Assembly: GCA_025370055.1 (NCBI GenBank)
Contig: CP073041.1
Span: forward strand, 4,308,272-4,372,271
Direction of reading: 5' to 3'
DNA length: 64,000 nucleotides
Source: Woronichinia naegeliana WA131
GTDB lineage: Bacteria; Cyanobacteriota; Cyanobacteriia; Cyanobacteriales; Microcystaceae
Every line of letters starts with the position of its first letter. The stretch's first letter is position 1. The translations under genes and the position numbers were made by a program. The notes under the pieces are model-generated. The model saw only the letters and a program-made list of their open reading frames with translations, searched no databases and had not been told where the DNA came from. Shown here in pieces: positions 49,640 through 60,701 of this stretch.

Positions 49640-49960
49640 CTCCGTTAGAGATGGGGCGATCGCAGTATAAGTTCAGGACTTACGGGCGATCGCTGTTCCT
49701 GTTGTTTGATTCTAAGGTGCGATCACAGTATAAGTTCAGGACTTACGGGCGATCGCGGTTTCATTATCTGTAATTGAAAAGAGGCGATCGCGGTTTCGTT
49801 ATCTGTAATTGAAAGTAGTGATCGCGTTTTCATTATCTGTAATTGAAGAGGGGCGATCGCAGTATGATTTTAGAATTTAGGGGCGATCTCAGTATGAATT
49901 TGGGGTTTAGAAGCGATCGCTATTTTGCTGTTTATGACTGAAAGGGCGATCACAGTAGAA
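49640..49960. repeat. HIP1-containing minisatellite array, partly an exact copy of 48138-48300
   Basis: Read directly. Confidence 0.8.
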
Positions 49961-49994
49961 AAAACGTTAGTAATCTAGGTTATTACAGATTAAC

Positions 49995-50507
49995 TTATTG
50001 CAGAGTATCTAAAATCAAAGATAACTCTAAATCAAGAGTTTCGGAAATTTGCTCTGCGGTTAGTCCAAGTTTTGTTAATTTAGGAACAGTTTCTAATTTT
50101 AGCTGTTTGAATTTGTTCTCAATTTGTGGATTTTCAGCATCAACATTGTTAGGAATATTGACTTCCAAATTTTCAGGAGATTGGAGAGATGTAGGACATA
50201 AATTAATATTACCTATTCGTCCAGGGTTGATCACAATATTTGAGTTTGTAGCTGTAAATCTTTCAATAGCTGATCGAACATTTGACTTATTCAACTCTTC
50301 TCCTAGTGTTTCTGAAAGAATATGCCATAACTCATAGGCTTTATCTCTCGCATGACCTTCAGAGCAGTTATATTCTTGGGCAATTTGAGAATATTTTTGT
50401 CCATTAAAAACATTTTTTAAAATACCCAATTGTAGAGTATCAAGATGTTTTCCAGTTTGACTAAAAACAAGATTATCAAGTGTCTTAAAAAGTTCTTTAG
50501 TATCCAT
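49995..50507 (-). CDS. Hypothetical protein with an N-terminal HTH-like module of the kind found at the N-termini of cyanobacterial STAND/WD40 proteins
   Basis: LQLGILKNVFNGQKYSQIAQEYNCSEGHARDKAYELWHILSETLGEELNKSNVRSAIERF. Confidence 0.4.
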   Translation of the reverse strand: MDTKELFKTLDNLVFSQTGKHLDTLQLGILKNVFNGQKYSQIAQEYNCSEGHARDKAYELWHILSETLGEELNKSNVRSAIERFTATNSNIVINPGRIGNINLCPTSLQSPENLEVNIPNNVDAENPQIENKFKQLKLETVPKLTKLGLTAEQISETLDLELSLILDTLQ

Positions 50508-50665
50508 AAGAAATAATTTTAAGGTTAGTAGCCGTTATTTTCCGACATTTTCCGACTTTTGTAAAGGGTCACAAACAAAGTCCCGACATTTTCCGTTGTT
50601 TTCCGTCTTGACTCAAGCTGATCTTGTTTGTGATAATTTACGCAAATTCTTAGGAGATTTAGAGT

Positions 50666-51019
50666 ATGAAATTTTTAAAAATAAGTAAAGCAACTCATGT
50701 ACTTATCTTGGCTGGAGCCATTTTCGGCTTTCAAACAACAATTAGCACAATTAACGCTAACGCAGACAACCCCTATATGGGGCCAGTTCTTCAATTAGAC
50801 AAAGAAGTAAGTCGCTTCGTGGACAATGAACTGAGAAAAGATCAACAACGAGTTTCACAGATGTCCTGCTCACAATTAAAATCTGAAGCTCGTCAATATC
50901 GTAACCGAGGAAATTATTGGGCTGCTCAAGTTAATGTTCGTGGTTATGCAGCCCAGGCAGAGGGAAATTATCTTTATGAAGACCGAAGACTTGCAGAATA
51001 CTCCAGAAGATGCGGATAA
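50666..51019 (+). CDS. Small secreted hypothetical protein (117 aa, signal peptide)
   Basis: N-terminal hydrophobic h-region plus A-N-A cleavage-site-like motif. Confidence 0.4.
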   Translation: MKFLKISKATHVLILAGAIFGFQTTISTINANADNPYMGPVLQLDKEVSRFVDNELRKDQQRVSQMSCSQLKSEARQYRNRGNYWAAQVNVRGYAAQAEGNYLYEDRRLAEYSRRCG

Positions 51020-51520
51020 CTTTTGTTAAATTTGTATTCTTTCTGTAAATCAACCCTTAATTTAATTATTATGAATCGCTTTCTTCTGTTTGTTTCCAGT
51101 GTTCTAGTTCTTTTTTGTTTCGTATTTTATTTTATGTGGAAGGAAAATGAAAAAACGGTTGATTGTCTTTCCTATGCTTATCAAGGTATTGATTCAACAG
51201 GAAAAGGGCGGGACAATTGTACGCAATGAATAACTATACACATTTTTAGTTCTTGATTTTTGCACTATAACCCTTGATTTTTGTGCCATTTGTCGCTGAT
51301 TGCCGTTATTTATATTCCTTTTAGTATAATCGCCGATTTTGTAAATCGGCTTAACAATTAGTGCTGTTTCTTAGAGGTTTAATGGTCAACAAGAGATCGC
51401 CGCTCTTGTTTCGTTTAATTTCCGAGAGAAAAGTACCGTGAGCAGTATAGTCAGAAAATCCATTACAAAAGCGTAACGATTTGTTAAGCTAGGTTAAGAT
51501 TTTTACCCTTTGCGCTGCTC

Positions 51521-54445
51521 ATGCCTAATCGACCACTTGCCGCCCCCGCGATCGCGCCCTCTGCAACCCTGGCTCCCACCGATACCTTTGTTAATCGTCA
51601 TCTTGGCCCCAATGCTGCCGAAGTGGGGAAAATGCTCAGTTTTCTGGGGTTCAGTGATTTAGAGAGTTTGATTGCCAAGACCGTTCCCCCCGCTATTCGG
51701 TTAAAAAATGCCCTGAAATTGCCCCCCGCTCAGAGTGAATATGCGGCGATCGCCCAGTTGAAGTCCATCGCCTCCAAAAATCAGATTTATCGTTCCTATA
51801 TTGGCATGGGGTATAATGACACTATTACGCCCCCCGTCATTCAACGCAACATTTTAGAAAATCCAGGTTGGTACACCGCATATACTCCCTATCAAGCGGA
51901 AATTGCCCAGGGTCGTCTCGAAGCTCTGTTAAATTTCCAGACCATGATTATTGAGTTAACAGGCTTAGAAATAGCCAATGCCTCACTATTAGATGAAGGA
52001 ACGGCGGCGGCGGAAGCAATGGCCATGAGTTATGGGGTTTCTAAAAATAAAGCTAATGCCTTTTTTGTGTCTAGTAGTTGTCATCCCCAAACCATTGAAG
52101 TGGTTAAAACTCGTGCTATTCCTTTGGGTATTGAACTAATTATTAGTGATCACCAAACCTTTGATTTTAGTACCCCCATCTTTGGAGCTTTATTACAATA
52201 TCCAGCCACCGATGGCATCATTTACGATTACCGCAATTTTATTGAAAAAGTTCACGCCCAAAAAGCCTTAGTCACTCTAGCCGCCGATCCCCTCAGTTTA
52301 GCTCTGTTAACTTCTCCTGGAGAATTAGGGGCTGATATTGCGATCGGTTCTACCCAACGGTTTGGCGTTCCCCTGGGTTATGGTGGCCCCCATGCTGCCT
52401 ATTTTGCCACCAAAGAAGCCTATAAACGTCAGGTTCCAGGTCGTATTGTGGGCGTTTCTAAGGATAGTCAAGGTAAACCCGCTTTACGTTTAGCATTGCA
52501 AACCCGCGAACAACATATTCGTCGAGAAAAGGCGACGAGCAACATCTGTACTGCTCAAGTTTTATTGGCGGTAATTGCCTCGATGTATGGAGTTTATCAT
52601 GGTGCAAAAGGAGTTAAAAATATTGCCCTGCGAGTGCATCAATTAACAGTTTTATTAGCCGCAGGATTAAAGCGTTTAAATTATACTTTTGGCAATGATC
52701 CTGTCTTTGATACTTTGCGAGTAGGAGTCGGTGATCAGAGTGCTGCCGCTATTGTCAAAGCGGCCACAGCCCGCAAGATTAATCTGCGCTTATTAGATCA
52801 TGGTTCCGTTGGTATTAGTTTAGATGAAACCACTACCATTCAGGATTTAATTGACCTCTGGCAAATTTTTGCCGCCAAAGAAGATTTACCTTTTACGGTT
52901 GAAGAATTGCTGCAAACCGTTAATTTTGACTTTCCTAAATACCTAACCCGTCAAACTCCCTATCTAACTGATACTGTTTTCAATAAATATCATTCTGAGC
53001 ATGAATTATTGCGCTATCTCCATCAATTAGAAAGTAAAGATTTAGCATTAAATACTTCTATGATTCCTCTCGGTTCCTGCACCATGAAGCTGAATGCAAC
53101 AGCAGAAATGATGCCCGTAACCTGGCCAGAGTTTGGAAAATTACATCCCTTTGCTCCTGTTGATCAAGCGGAAGGTTATCAAATTTTATTTGAACAATTG
53201 GAAACTTGGTTAGGAGAAATCACTGGATTTGATGGGGTTTCTTTACAGCCAAATGCGGGTTCTCAAGGGGAATATGCGGGCTTGCAAGTCATCCGCCAAT
53301 ACCATTTAAGTCGCGGCGATCACGATCGCAATATCTGTTTAATTCCAGAATCTGCTCACGGTACAAATCCCGCCAGTGCGGTTATGTGTGGAATGAAAGT
53401 TATCCCTGTAAAATGTGATGGGGATGGCAATATTGATGTCACTGATTTGACAGCAAAAGCAGAAAAGTATGCGGCTAATTTAGCAGCTTTGATGGTGACG
53501 TATCCTTCCACTCACGGGGTTTTTGAAGAAGGTATTACGGAAATTTGTGAAATTATTCACCGTCATGGTGGTCAAGTTTATATGGACGGGGCCAATATGA
53601 ATGCTCAGGTGGGGTTATGTCGCCCTGCGGATTTTGGGGCAGATGTTTGCCATTTGAATTTGCATAAGACATTCTGTATTCCTCATGGTGGCGGTGGGCC
53701 TGGTATGGGGCCGATTGGAGTTAAGGCTCATTTAGTACCATTTTTGCCGAGTGTTATCCCCCCTAATCCCCCTTTGGAAGGGGGGAACCAGAGTGAGTCT
53801 ATTGGCTTAATTTCGGCAGCCCCCTATGGTAGTGCGAGTATTCTGGTTATTTCCTGGATGTATATCGCCATGATGGGGTCGGAAGGGTTAACGGAAGCCA
53901 CGAAGATTGCCATTCTTAATGCGAATTATATGGCCCGTCGTTTGGAAGTGTACTATCCGATTCTGTTTAAGGGAAGTAACGGTTTAGTTGCTCACGAGTG
54001 TGTCATTGATTTGCATCCTCTCAAAAAGGCGGCGGCGATCGAGGTGGATGATGTGGCTAAACGGTTGATGGATTTTGGTTTTCACTCGCCTACGGTTTCC
54101 TGGCCTGTGCCTGGGACGATGATGGTGGAACCGACGGAAAGTGAGTCCCTCGAAGAATTAGACCGTTTCTGTGATGCCATGATCGCCATTTATAAAGAGT
54201 CCGAGGCGATCGCCAATGGTGAGATTGATGCGGTCAATAATCCGTTGAAAAATGCGCCCCATACGGCAGAAAGTTTACTCTGTGGCGAGTGGGATCGTCC
54301 CTATTCCCGTGAACAAGCTGCCTATCCTGCCCCCTGGACAAAGGTTCACAAATTCTGGCCTGCGGTAGGACGAATTGATAATGCCTACGGCGATCGCCAT
54401 TTGGTCTGTTCCTGTGAGGGCATGGAGGCTTATAAAGAGGGTTAA
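51521..54445 (+). CDS. gcvP: Glycine dehydrogenase (decarboxylating), glycine cleavage system P protein
   Basis: 974 aa. [22 protein letters not shown]..., [15 protein letters not shown] and a PLP-lysine region typical of single-chain GcvP. Confidence 0.95.
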   Translation: MPNRPLAAPAIAPSATLAPTDTFVNRHLGPNAAEVGKMLSFLGFSDLESLIAKTVPPAIRLKNALKLPPAQSEYAAIAQLKSIASKNQIYRSYIGMGYNDTITPPVIQRNILENPGWYTAYTPYQAEIAQGRLEALLNFQTMIIELTGLEIANASLLDEGTAAAEAMAMSYGVSKNKANAFFVSSSCHPQTIEVVKTRAIPLGIELIISDHQTFDFSTPIFGALLQYPATDGIIYDYRNFIEKVHAQKALVTLAADPLSLALLTSPGELGADIAIGSTQRFGVPLGYGGPHAAYFATKEAYKRQVPGRIVGVSKDSQGKPALRLALQTREQHIRREKATSNICTAQVLLAVIASMYGVYHGAKGVKNIALRVHQLTVLLAAGLKRLNYTFGNDPVFDTLRVGVGDQSAAAIVKAATARKINLRLLDHGSVGISLDETTTIQDLIDLWQIFAAKEDLPFTVEELLQTVNFDFPKYLTRQTPYLTDTVFNKYHSEHELLRYLHQLESKDLALNTSMIPLGSCTMKLNATAEMMPVTWPEFGKLHPFAPVDQAEGYQILFEQLETWLGEITGFDGVSLQPNAGSQGEYAGLQVIRQYHLSRGDHDRNICLIPESAHGTNPASAVMCGMKVIPVKCDGDGNIDVTDLTAKAEKYAANLAALMVTYPSTHGVFEEGITEICEIIHRHGGQVYMDGANMNAQVGLCRPADFGADVCHLNLHKTFCIPHGGGGPGMGPIGVKAHLVPFLPSVIPPNPPLEGGNQSESIGLISAAPYGSASILVISWMYIAMMGSEGLTEATKIAILNANYMARRLEVYYPILFKGSNGLVAHECVIDLHPLKKAAAIEVDDVAKRLMDFGFHSPTVSWPVPGTMMVEPTESESLEELDRFCDAMIAIYKESEAIANGEIDAVNNPLKNAPHTAESLLCGEWDRPYSREQAAYPAPWTKVHKFWPAVGRIDNAYGDRHLVCSCEGMEAYKEG

Positions 54446-54967
54446 TTGTTGAGAAATTGGGACGGCGATCGCTTTTTATCCTTGGGTGAGGGGCGATCGT
54501 GCTTGATCCGAGAAACTGATCACAGTAACCCACAATAAGGTTGTCATTTCCCATAATTGAGTTACGTTCCTTGGTAGTGATTTGGTAGTAATGGTAGCAG
54601 TTTAAGCCTTTGCTAAGTGGGTATTGTAGTTGTGTATAAGGCTATTTAAAACTAGTCTTTGAGGGACAAGCTTTCTCTGCCAATTATTGTTCTACTGTCA
54701 ATTAAGTTGAGACAAAAAATAATAGCGCAAAAATGTTAGTCATAAAAACGTTGATTTAGGAGACAAATTTGACAAATATAGATTTGCCAAATATTTATAT
54801 TAGTTAATATTCTACACAGTTCCTACCATATAAGCCATTTAGACCACCACTACTACCGAATCACTACCCAATGATCGGTAATCTAACCATTCAACCTAAT
54901 CCAGACTTTAACCCAGATAAACAATGAGTTTGCCCTTAACGAATATTAAACGTTTACTAGGTGTTAG

Positions 54968-55507
54968 CTATTGTACTTGATTGTAGGGTAGCTTTGCTAA
55001 TAAATTAGCCATCATACAGTTATCTGAAATACCCGAAAATAATAAACCACAGCCCACTAGCCCACTTAACACAAAGAAACCTGGAGTCACCAAAGACCCT
55101 AGAAGAATGCCTGTCACCACTAAGCTGCCGGCGACAATGTGAACCTGTCGCATAAGACTGATGGGTGCGTTGGATTGCCTTTTTAGCGGTAATCCAGCTT
55201 GTTTCCAGGCATTCAATCCACCCTGTAAATGGGTCACTTCTGTATATCCTGCGGCTAATAAACGTTGGGCAGCTTGTCCTGAACGATTAGCACTTCGACA
55301 GGTAAGCACAAAGGGTTTATTCCCTTCAAGCGGTAACTTTTCTGGATCAAAAGTGGAAAGAGGAAATAGTTTTGAACCTTCAATTCTTTACTGAGCGATA
55401 TTCGTCAAGCTCCCGGACATCAATAAGAGTGACATCACCTTTCCGAAGTAATTTTTCAAGCGTTAGTGCATCAATCGTGTGGATTGTTTTGGTAGGGGTA
55501 TTGGTCA
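54968..55507 (-). pseudogene. Rhodanese-domain membrane protein (YgaP-like: rhodanese plus two C-terminal TM helices) split by a 1-nt frameshift near 55335-55350
   Basis: N-part ...LIDVRELDEYRSVKN* and C-part (*)RIEGSKLFPLSTFDPEKLPLEGNKPFVLTCRSANRSGQAAQRLLAAGY... lie in adjacent frames; the active-site Cys loop is CRSANRS. Confidence 0.45.
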
Positions 55508-55570
55508 TGATAGTTTTCCTTAAAATCAAACTGCTTAATGAAGTTAAAAAATAACAAGATGCAATTGCAC

Positions 55571-56116
55571 CTATGTGATTGGGGCAGCAACTAATTTTTG
55601 CCATTCTCGAATGAGAAAATAGGGGATCTTAAGAATGATCTTTGATTCAGATACGACAGGAATCTCTAATTCCCAAAAGCTGCTGGCTTCCATTTGTTGA
55701 ATAATGTCCTGAAAGTCATACTGTCCAACATTAGTCGCTGGAGCTTTTTCTGCAAATACATCCTGTGCCAGCCTGTCCAACTGGGTGAAAGAACGAATTA
55801 AAAGCGGTGCCGGATGAATAAAGGTTGTAATCTCTGGAAAACCCACCAGGCGCAAATTAATCGTCGCAGCTTGATGATTTTGGGTTTGTTTAAATAAGAT
55901 GACTTGCCAGCGATGGCCCTGTTGATCCTGAAGGGTTTCACGGGATTGGTCCAGCAAATGTCCAGGAGACTCTTCTCGCTGATCAATCATTGCGTTTGTG
56001 TCTGGGACAAGGAGGAGGTTAAAGCCAAGCAAGGTGAGCAGCACGATGAACAGGCGTATTTGCATTAAGCATTTTTTAAACATGGGGGCCAAAAATCTAA
56101 TCATTGCTAGTTCCAT
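55571..56116 (-). CDS. Hypothetical secreted/periplasmic protein
   Basis: N-terminal signal-peptide-like region (MFKKCLMQIRLFIVLLTLLGFNLLLVP). Confidence 0.35.
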   Translation of the reverse strand: MELAMIRFLAPMFKKCLMQIRLFIVLLTLLGFNLLLVPDTNAMIDQREESPGHLLDQSRETLQDQQGHRWQVILFKQTQNHQAATINLRLVGFPEITTFIHPAPLLIRSFTQLDRLAQDVFAEKAPATNVGQYDFQDIIQQMEASSFWELEIPVVSESKIILKIPYFLIREWQKLVAAPIT

Positions 56117-56383
56117 ATCTCATCAAAGCGACTCCTCCTTGAGAACATAACAGAACATTATTCAGAACTATTGTTTGAAGCTGAACAGGGACAGATACTT
56201 AATTGCACCCATTGTTTTCGTCAATTGACTATATAGTAATGAAAATGGGGCGGTTTGTCAACTCCTTAGCCTAACCTTGGGCAATAGTTCCCACGACTTG
56301 ATACACTGGAAAAATTGATAGGTTAATTGCAAAATTAATTCAGCCCATCTAGTTCTTTTTTTGACTGACGCTCAAGACTTGCC

Positions 56384-57814
56384 ATGCTATCGACGGAATC
56401 TCCCTTGCAACTTTCTGGACAACATTTTCTGCCTGCGACTCCCTCGCCCTCACCTAATCAGAATTTGTTGCCCTTAACGGCTCGCACCAATGCCCAAGGT
56501 CATCTAGAAATTGGGGGCTGTGATGTCCCATCTTTAGTGGAACAGTTTGGTTCCCCTCTCTACATTTTGGATGAACAGACGCTGCGGGAAACCTGTCGTC
56601 AGTATCGGGAAGCTTTCCAAACCTATTATCCTGGGGTTAGTCAGGTTATTTATGCTTCTAAAGCTTGGAGTTGTTTGGCGGTTTGTGCGATCGCGGCCAG
56701 TGAAGACCTGGGCTTTGATGTGGTTTCTGGGGGAGAGCTTTATACAACTTTGACCGCCTTAGAACAGATGGGATGGACGACGGAGCAAGCGGCGAGCAAA
56801 ATTTATTTTCATGGCAATAATAAATCGGTCAATGAATTGGAATATGCCATTGAGGTGGGTTGTACCATTATCGTTGATAACTGGTTAGAACTACAAACTT
56901 TGGTGAAGTTAGGGAGTCAGTCATCGGAGCAACCGTTACGGATCATGCTGCGTTTAACCCCTGGGATCGAATGTCATACCCACGAATATATTCGCACAGG
57001 CCATTTGGATAGTAAATTTGGCTTTGATCCCCATCAGTTAGAAGCGGTTTTTACCTATATCTGTGAGCAATCGGTTTTAAATTGTGTGGGACTCCATGCC
57101 CATATTGGATCACAAATTTTTGAACGTCAGCCCCATCAGGATCTAGGGGTTGTCTTGGTAGAATGGTTGGAAAAAGGTTTAGCCTACGGTTTGCCCCTGA
57201 CAGAACTTAATATTGGTGGCGGTTTAGGAATTTGTTACACCGAGATGGATGATCCCCCCAGTATTGAAGAGTGGGTGCGGGCGGCGGCTCAGTCAGTGGT
57301 CAAGGCTTGTACCGCCAAAAATTTACCCTTGCCCAAACTGTTGGCCGAACCAGGGCGATCGCTGATTGGCACAGCTTGTGTTACGGCCTATGGGATCGGC
57401 AGTCGTAAAGTCATTCCCGAAATGCGAACCTATGTAGCGGTAGATGGAGGGATGTCGGATAATCCCCGCCCTATTACCTACCAGTCCCTCTATCGGGTGG
57501 TGGTGGCCAATCGGATGAACGCTCCCTATACAGAAACGGTGACGATCGCCGGTAAACACTGTGAATCAGGAGATATTTTAATTAAAGAAACCCAACTACC
57601 GAACACCGAGCCAGGGGATACCTTAGTGGTCATGACTACAGGAGCCTATAATTACAGCATGGCTTCTAATTACAATCGGTTGCCCCGTCCGGCAGCCGTG
57701 CTGGTCAAAGCAGGAGAGGCCAATCTATTTTTAGAACGGGAATCCTTAGCCGATTTAATTCGTCAGGATCGACTTCCCAGCCGCCTGTTACAATCAGACC
57801 TTGGTGACGAATAA
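56384..57814 (+). CDS. lysA: Diaminopimelate decarboxylase
   Basis: Fold-III PLP decarboxylase motifs (YASKA..., HIGSQIFE, EPGRSLIG, CESGD). Confidence 0.9.
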   Translation: MLSTESPLQLSGQHFLPATPSPSPNQNLLPLTARTNAQGHLEIGGCDVPSLVEQFGSPLYILDEQTLRETCRQYREAFQTYYPGVSQVIYASKAWSCLAVCAIAASEDLGFDVVSGGELYTTLTALEQMGWTTEQAASKIYFHGNNKSVNELEYAIEVGCTIIVDNWLELQTLVKLGSQSSEQPLRIMLRLTPGIECHTHEYIRTGHLDSKFGFDPHQLEAVFTYICEQSVLNCVGLHAHIGSQIFERQPHQDLGVVLVEWLEKGLAYGLPLTELNIGGGLGICYTEMDDPPSIEEWVRAAAQSVVKACTAKNLPLPKLLAEPGRSLIGTACVTAYGIGSRKVIPEMRTYVAVDGGMSDNPRPITYQSLYRVVVANRMNAPYTETVTIAGKHCESGDILIKETQLPNTEPGDTLVVMTTGAYNYSMASNYNRLPRPAAVLVKAGEANLFLERESLADLIRQDRLPSRLLQSDLGDE

Positions 57815-57852
57815 TTCATCTTTTACCAATAACCCTATTCTTCCTTTTTCCC

Positions 57853-58758
57853 ATGTCGGGCTTCCCCCCTGACCCCGAATTTATAGCGTCATTATTTCAT
57901 AACGCCCTGGATATTGGTCTGGTTCTAGGGTTGTTCTATTTGATGAGCCTGATTATTGGCGAATATCGTACTCTCTGGATGATGCGCGGCCTCGTTGTTT
58001 TGATGGTGGCCCAGGTAATCAGCGATCGCCTTCATCTAGAATTACTGAAATTTGTGCTAGAGAAATTGGTGTTAGGGGCAGCAGTGGCCCTGGCAGTTAT
58101 TTTTCAGGGGGAGTTCCGTCGTTTTTTAGAATTACTGGGTCGGGGACAAATTCTGCAATTATTTAAGCGACAGCCCCAGGTACCCAAAACCGATAATGCC
58201 ATTGATGAAATTGTAGATGCGGTCAAAGAACTTTCCCAAAATCGCATTGGTGCTTTGATGGTCATGGAAACGTTTGGAACGTTGGATAATAAACTTTTTG
58301 TTAATAAGGGCGTAATGCTCAATAGTGAACTATCCAAGGAGTTGTTACAAACCATTTTCCAACCCAAAACCCTGTTACATGATGGAGCGGTTTTTATTCG
58401 CGGTACTCGCATTATTGCGGCGGGTGTTATTTTACCCCTCTCCGAACGGAGTGCTTCTCGCCAATTGGGAACTCGTCACCGAGCGGCAATGGGCATTACC
58501 GAACGCAGTGAAAATTGTCTCTGTGTGGTGGTCTCGGAAGAAACTGGCTCTATCACCTTGGCAGAGAGAGGTTTACTCAATCGTCCCCTCACCAGTAGCA
58601 AACTCAGAGAACTGCTAGAAACCAAATACGCTCCCCGAATGGAACGAGAACCTGGAACACCAAGTTTAGGGCGGCTTGGTCGTACAATTGGGTCACAAGG
58701 AAAATGGTTTCTCCAGCGTCTGTTTTTGACTTCATCAGCTAAAAACGATAAGAAATGA
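57853..58758 (+). CDS. cdaA: Diadenylate cyclase (c-di-AMP synthase) CdaA: N-terminal TM region plus DAC domain
   Basis: [22 protein letters not shown]....[28 protein letters not shown] is the DisA_N/DAC signature. It lies between lysA and uppS, as in the lysA-cdaA-uppS operon conserved in cyanobacteria. Confidence 0.9.
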   Translation: MSGFPPDPEFIASLFHNALDIGLVLGLFYLMSLIIGEYRTLWMMRGLVVLMVAQVISDRLHLELLKFVLEKLVLGAAVALAVIFQGEFRRFLELLGRGQILQLFKRQPQVPKTDNAIDEIVDAVKELSQNRIGALMVMETFGTLDNKLFVNKGVMLNSELSKELLQTIFQPKTLLHDGAVFIRGTRIIAAGVILPLSERSASRQLGTRHRAAMGITERSENCLCVVVSEETGSITLAERGLLNRPLTSSKLRELLETKYAPRMEREPGTPSLGRLGRTIGSQGKWFLQRLFLTSSAKNDKK

Positions 58759-59504
58759 CAGCTAACTCCACTGTGTTACAAAAACTCCCCACTGACCTCG
58801 ATCCGAGCCTCTTACCCCATCATGTTGCGGTAATTATGGATGGCAATGGACGCTGGGCAAAACGGCGGGGCTTACCTCGTATTATGGGACATCAACGCGG
58901 GGTTGATGCGCTCAAAAGTCTTTTGCGTTGTTGTAATGACTGGGGAGTGCCAGCCTTAACGGCCTATGCCTTCTCAACGGAAAATTGGGGTCGTCCCTTA
59001 GAGGAAGTGGAATTTTTGATGACGCTGTTTGAACGGGTGCTCAGGCGGGAATTACAGGAAATGATGACCGAAAATGTCAAAATTCGCTTTGTTGGCAATT
59101 TAGATTCGCTGCCTCTTTCTCTACAGGAGGAGATTGATCGTTCGATGCGGGACACAGAAAATAATACCGGTATCCAATTTACCGTTGCTACTAATTACGG
59201 GGGCAGACAGGAGATTTTGCAAGCTTGTCGGGCGATCGCTGTTAAAATCCAAGCGGGCAAACTCGCTCCCGAAGACATTGATGAAGCTGAAATCGAACGT
59301 CATCTCTATACCTTTGGCTTATCCCATCCTGATCTGCTCATTCGCACCAGTGGAGAAATGCGGATCAGTAACTTTCTACTGTGGCAGATGGCCTATGCCG
59401 AAATCTACGTGACTCCGACCCTCTGGCCTGACTTTAACCGCCAGGAATTTCACAAAGCTCTCTTAGATTATCAGCAGCGTGAACGGCGTTTTGGTAAAGT
59501 CTAG
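58755..59504 (+). CDS. uppS: Isoprenyl transferase / undecaprenyl-diphosphate synthase
   Basis: [20 protein letters not shown]...[10 protein letters not shown]...RER.FG motifs of cis-prenyltransferases. Confidence 0.9.
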   Translation: MTANSTVLQKLPTDLDPSLLPHHVAVIMDGNGRWAKRRGLPRIMGHQRGVDALKSLLRCCNDWGVPALTAYAFSTENWGRPLEEVEFLMTLFERVLRRELQEMMTENVKIRFVGNLDSLPLSLQEEIDRSMRDTENNTGIQFTVATNYGGRQEILQACRAIAVKIQAGKLAPEDIDEAEIERHLYTFGLSHPDLLIRTSGEMRISNFLLWQMAYAEIYVTPTLWPDFNRQEFHKALLDYQQRERRFGKV

Positions 59505-59564
59505 AGAATTATTGTCTAGGGCAGCCATAGCTCACCTATCTATTCACTGAATTCCGCGCTTCCT

Positions 59565-59918
59565 ATGTTATCTTCTTCCAAAAGCAAAGCGATCGCCGTC
59601 CGTCCCCAGCCCCCTGTTCCCCCTAGCATCCTAGCCGAAGAGCGGTTTAAACAGGAACGTCTCCATGATGTACAACTATTACTGAAGGATCTTTTTATTC
59701 GGGAAGAAGCGACCATTAAACTGATTTTGGAATCTCTCTACGACATTGGCGCGATTAATATTATTAATAAAAAGTTTCCCTTTCCTCCGCTCAATCGTTT
59801 TTTAAAGTCTATTGTGGGCATTCCTAGACCCATTGCCAAACGCTTATTATTGCGTTGGTTTCAACAAAAATGTCCTGGCTTACTAGCCAATTGGCTATAC
59901 CGAAAGGTTAAATTTTAA
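59565..59918 (+). CDS. Hypothetical protein (117 aa)
   Basis: ORF only. Confidence 0.35.
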   Translation: MLSSSKSKAIAVRPQPPVPPSILAEERFKQERLHDVQLLLKDLFIREEATIKLILESLYDIGAINIINKKFPFPPLNRFLKSIVGIPRPIAKRLLLRWFQQKCPGLLANWLYRKVKF

Positions 59919-59977
59919 CGCATTCCCACACTTCCCTTCTGAAATTTAATATTTGAACATGGGTACTTTCTTTTAAG

Positions 59978-60307
59978 TTGCCATCTCAAAATGAATCGGC
60001 TAAGGCGTTCAGATGTACGGTAAAATTTTTTATGAAAAGGGTTAAACATCCCAAATCTGAGATTGAAGCGGTTTTAAAATATGCAGAGCAAAGGAAATGG
60101 CAGATCGAAGTGGGCGGCTCCCATGCCTGGGGAAAGCTCTATTGTCCTTTTAATGACAAAACTTGTAGAGACGGTATTTTTTGCATTATGAGTATTTGGA
60201 GTACTCCCAAAAATCCCAGCAACCATGCCAAACAAATTCGTCAAAAGATTGATACCTGTATAAGATACAAGCAAGCTCAAAATTCTTTAGAAGAAAAAAC
60301 TAACTAA
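59978..60307 (+). CDS. Hypothetical Cys-rich small protein
   Basis: ORF only. Confidence 0.3.
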   Translation: MPSQNESAKAFRCTVKFFMKRVKHPKSEIEAVLKYAEQRKWQIEVGGSHAWGKLYCPFNDKTCRDGIFCIMSIWSTPKNPSNHAKQIRQKIDTCIRYKQAQNSLEEKTN

Positions 60308-60311
60308 AACA

Positions 60312-60674
60312 ATGAAGGAATACGATTTTACACTCAAATTTGATTTAAAAGACCCTGAACTAGACCCTGCTATCTATGTTGAGTCATTGTATGAAAGTGG
60401 CTGTGATGACGCTTTAATTGGCATTGGTCAAAAAGGTTATATCGTACTTAGTTTTATTCGTGAAGCCTTATCTTCGTCACAAGCAATTACCCAAGCGATC
60501 GCTGATGTTAAAAACGTGATTCCCTTTGCGACTCTAGTAGAAACAACCCTTGACAGGGCGGAAACTAATCCTGATGTTATTAGCGTAAAAGCTGCGGCTC
60601 CAGACTCATATCTTGAATCAATAATGGAACTGGCGAATGTACGGGAAAAAGCAAAAGGAACGGCTAAGGTATAA
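60312..60674 (+). CDS. Hypothetical protein (120 aa)
   Basis: ORF only. Confidence 0.35.
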   Translation: MKEYDFTLKFDLKDPELDPAIYVESLYESGCDDALIGIGQKGYIVLSFIREALSSSQAITQAIADVKNVIPFATLVETTLDRAETNPDVISVKAAAPDSYLESIMELANVREKAKGTAKV

Positions 60675-60701
60675 TGAGGCCAGCTTTTTCTCATCATTTC
60701 T

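Noticed and set aside
51240-51520. Possible glycine riboswitch upstream of gcvP
   Set aside because: The 280-bp leader shows a hairpin (GCCGATTTTGTAAATCGGC), but I could not find the conserved glycine-aptamer cores (GGAGAG ... ACCGAAGGGGCAA). It may be a different leader element. This is better tested with Rfam/Infernal.
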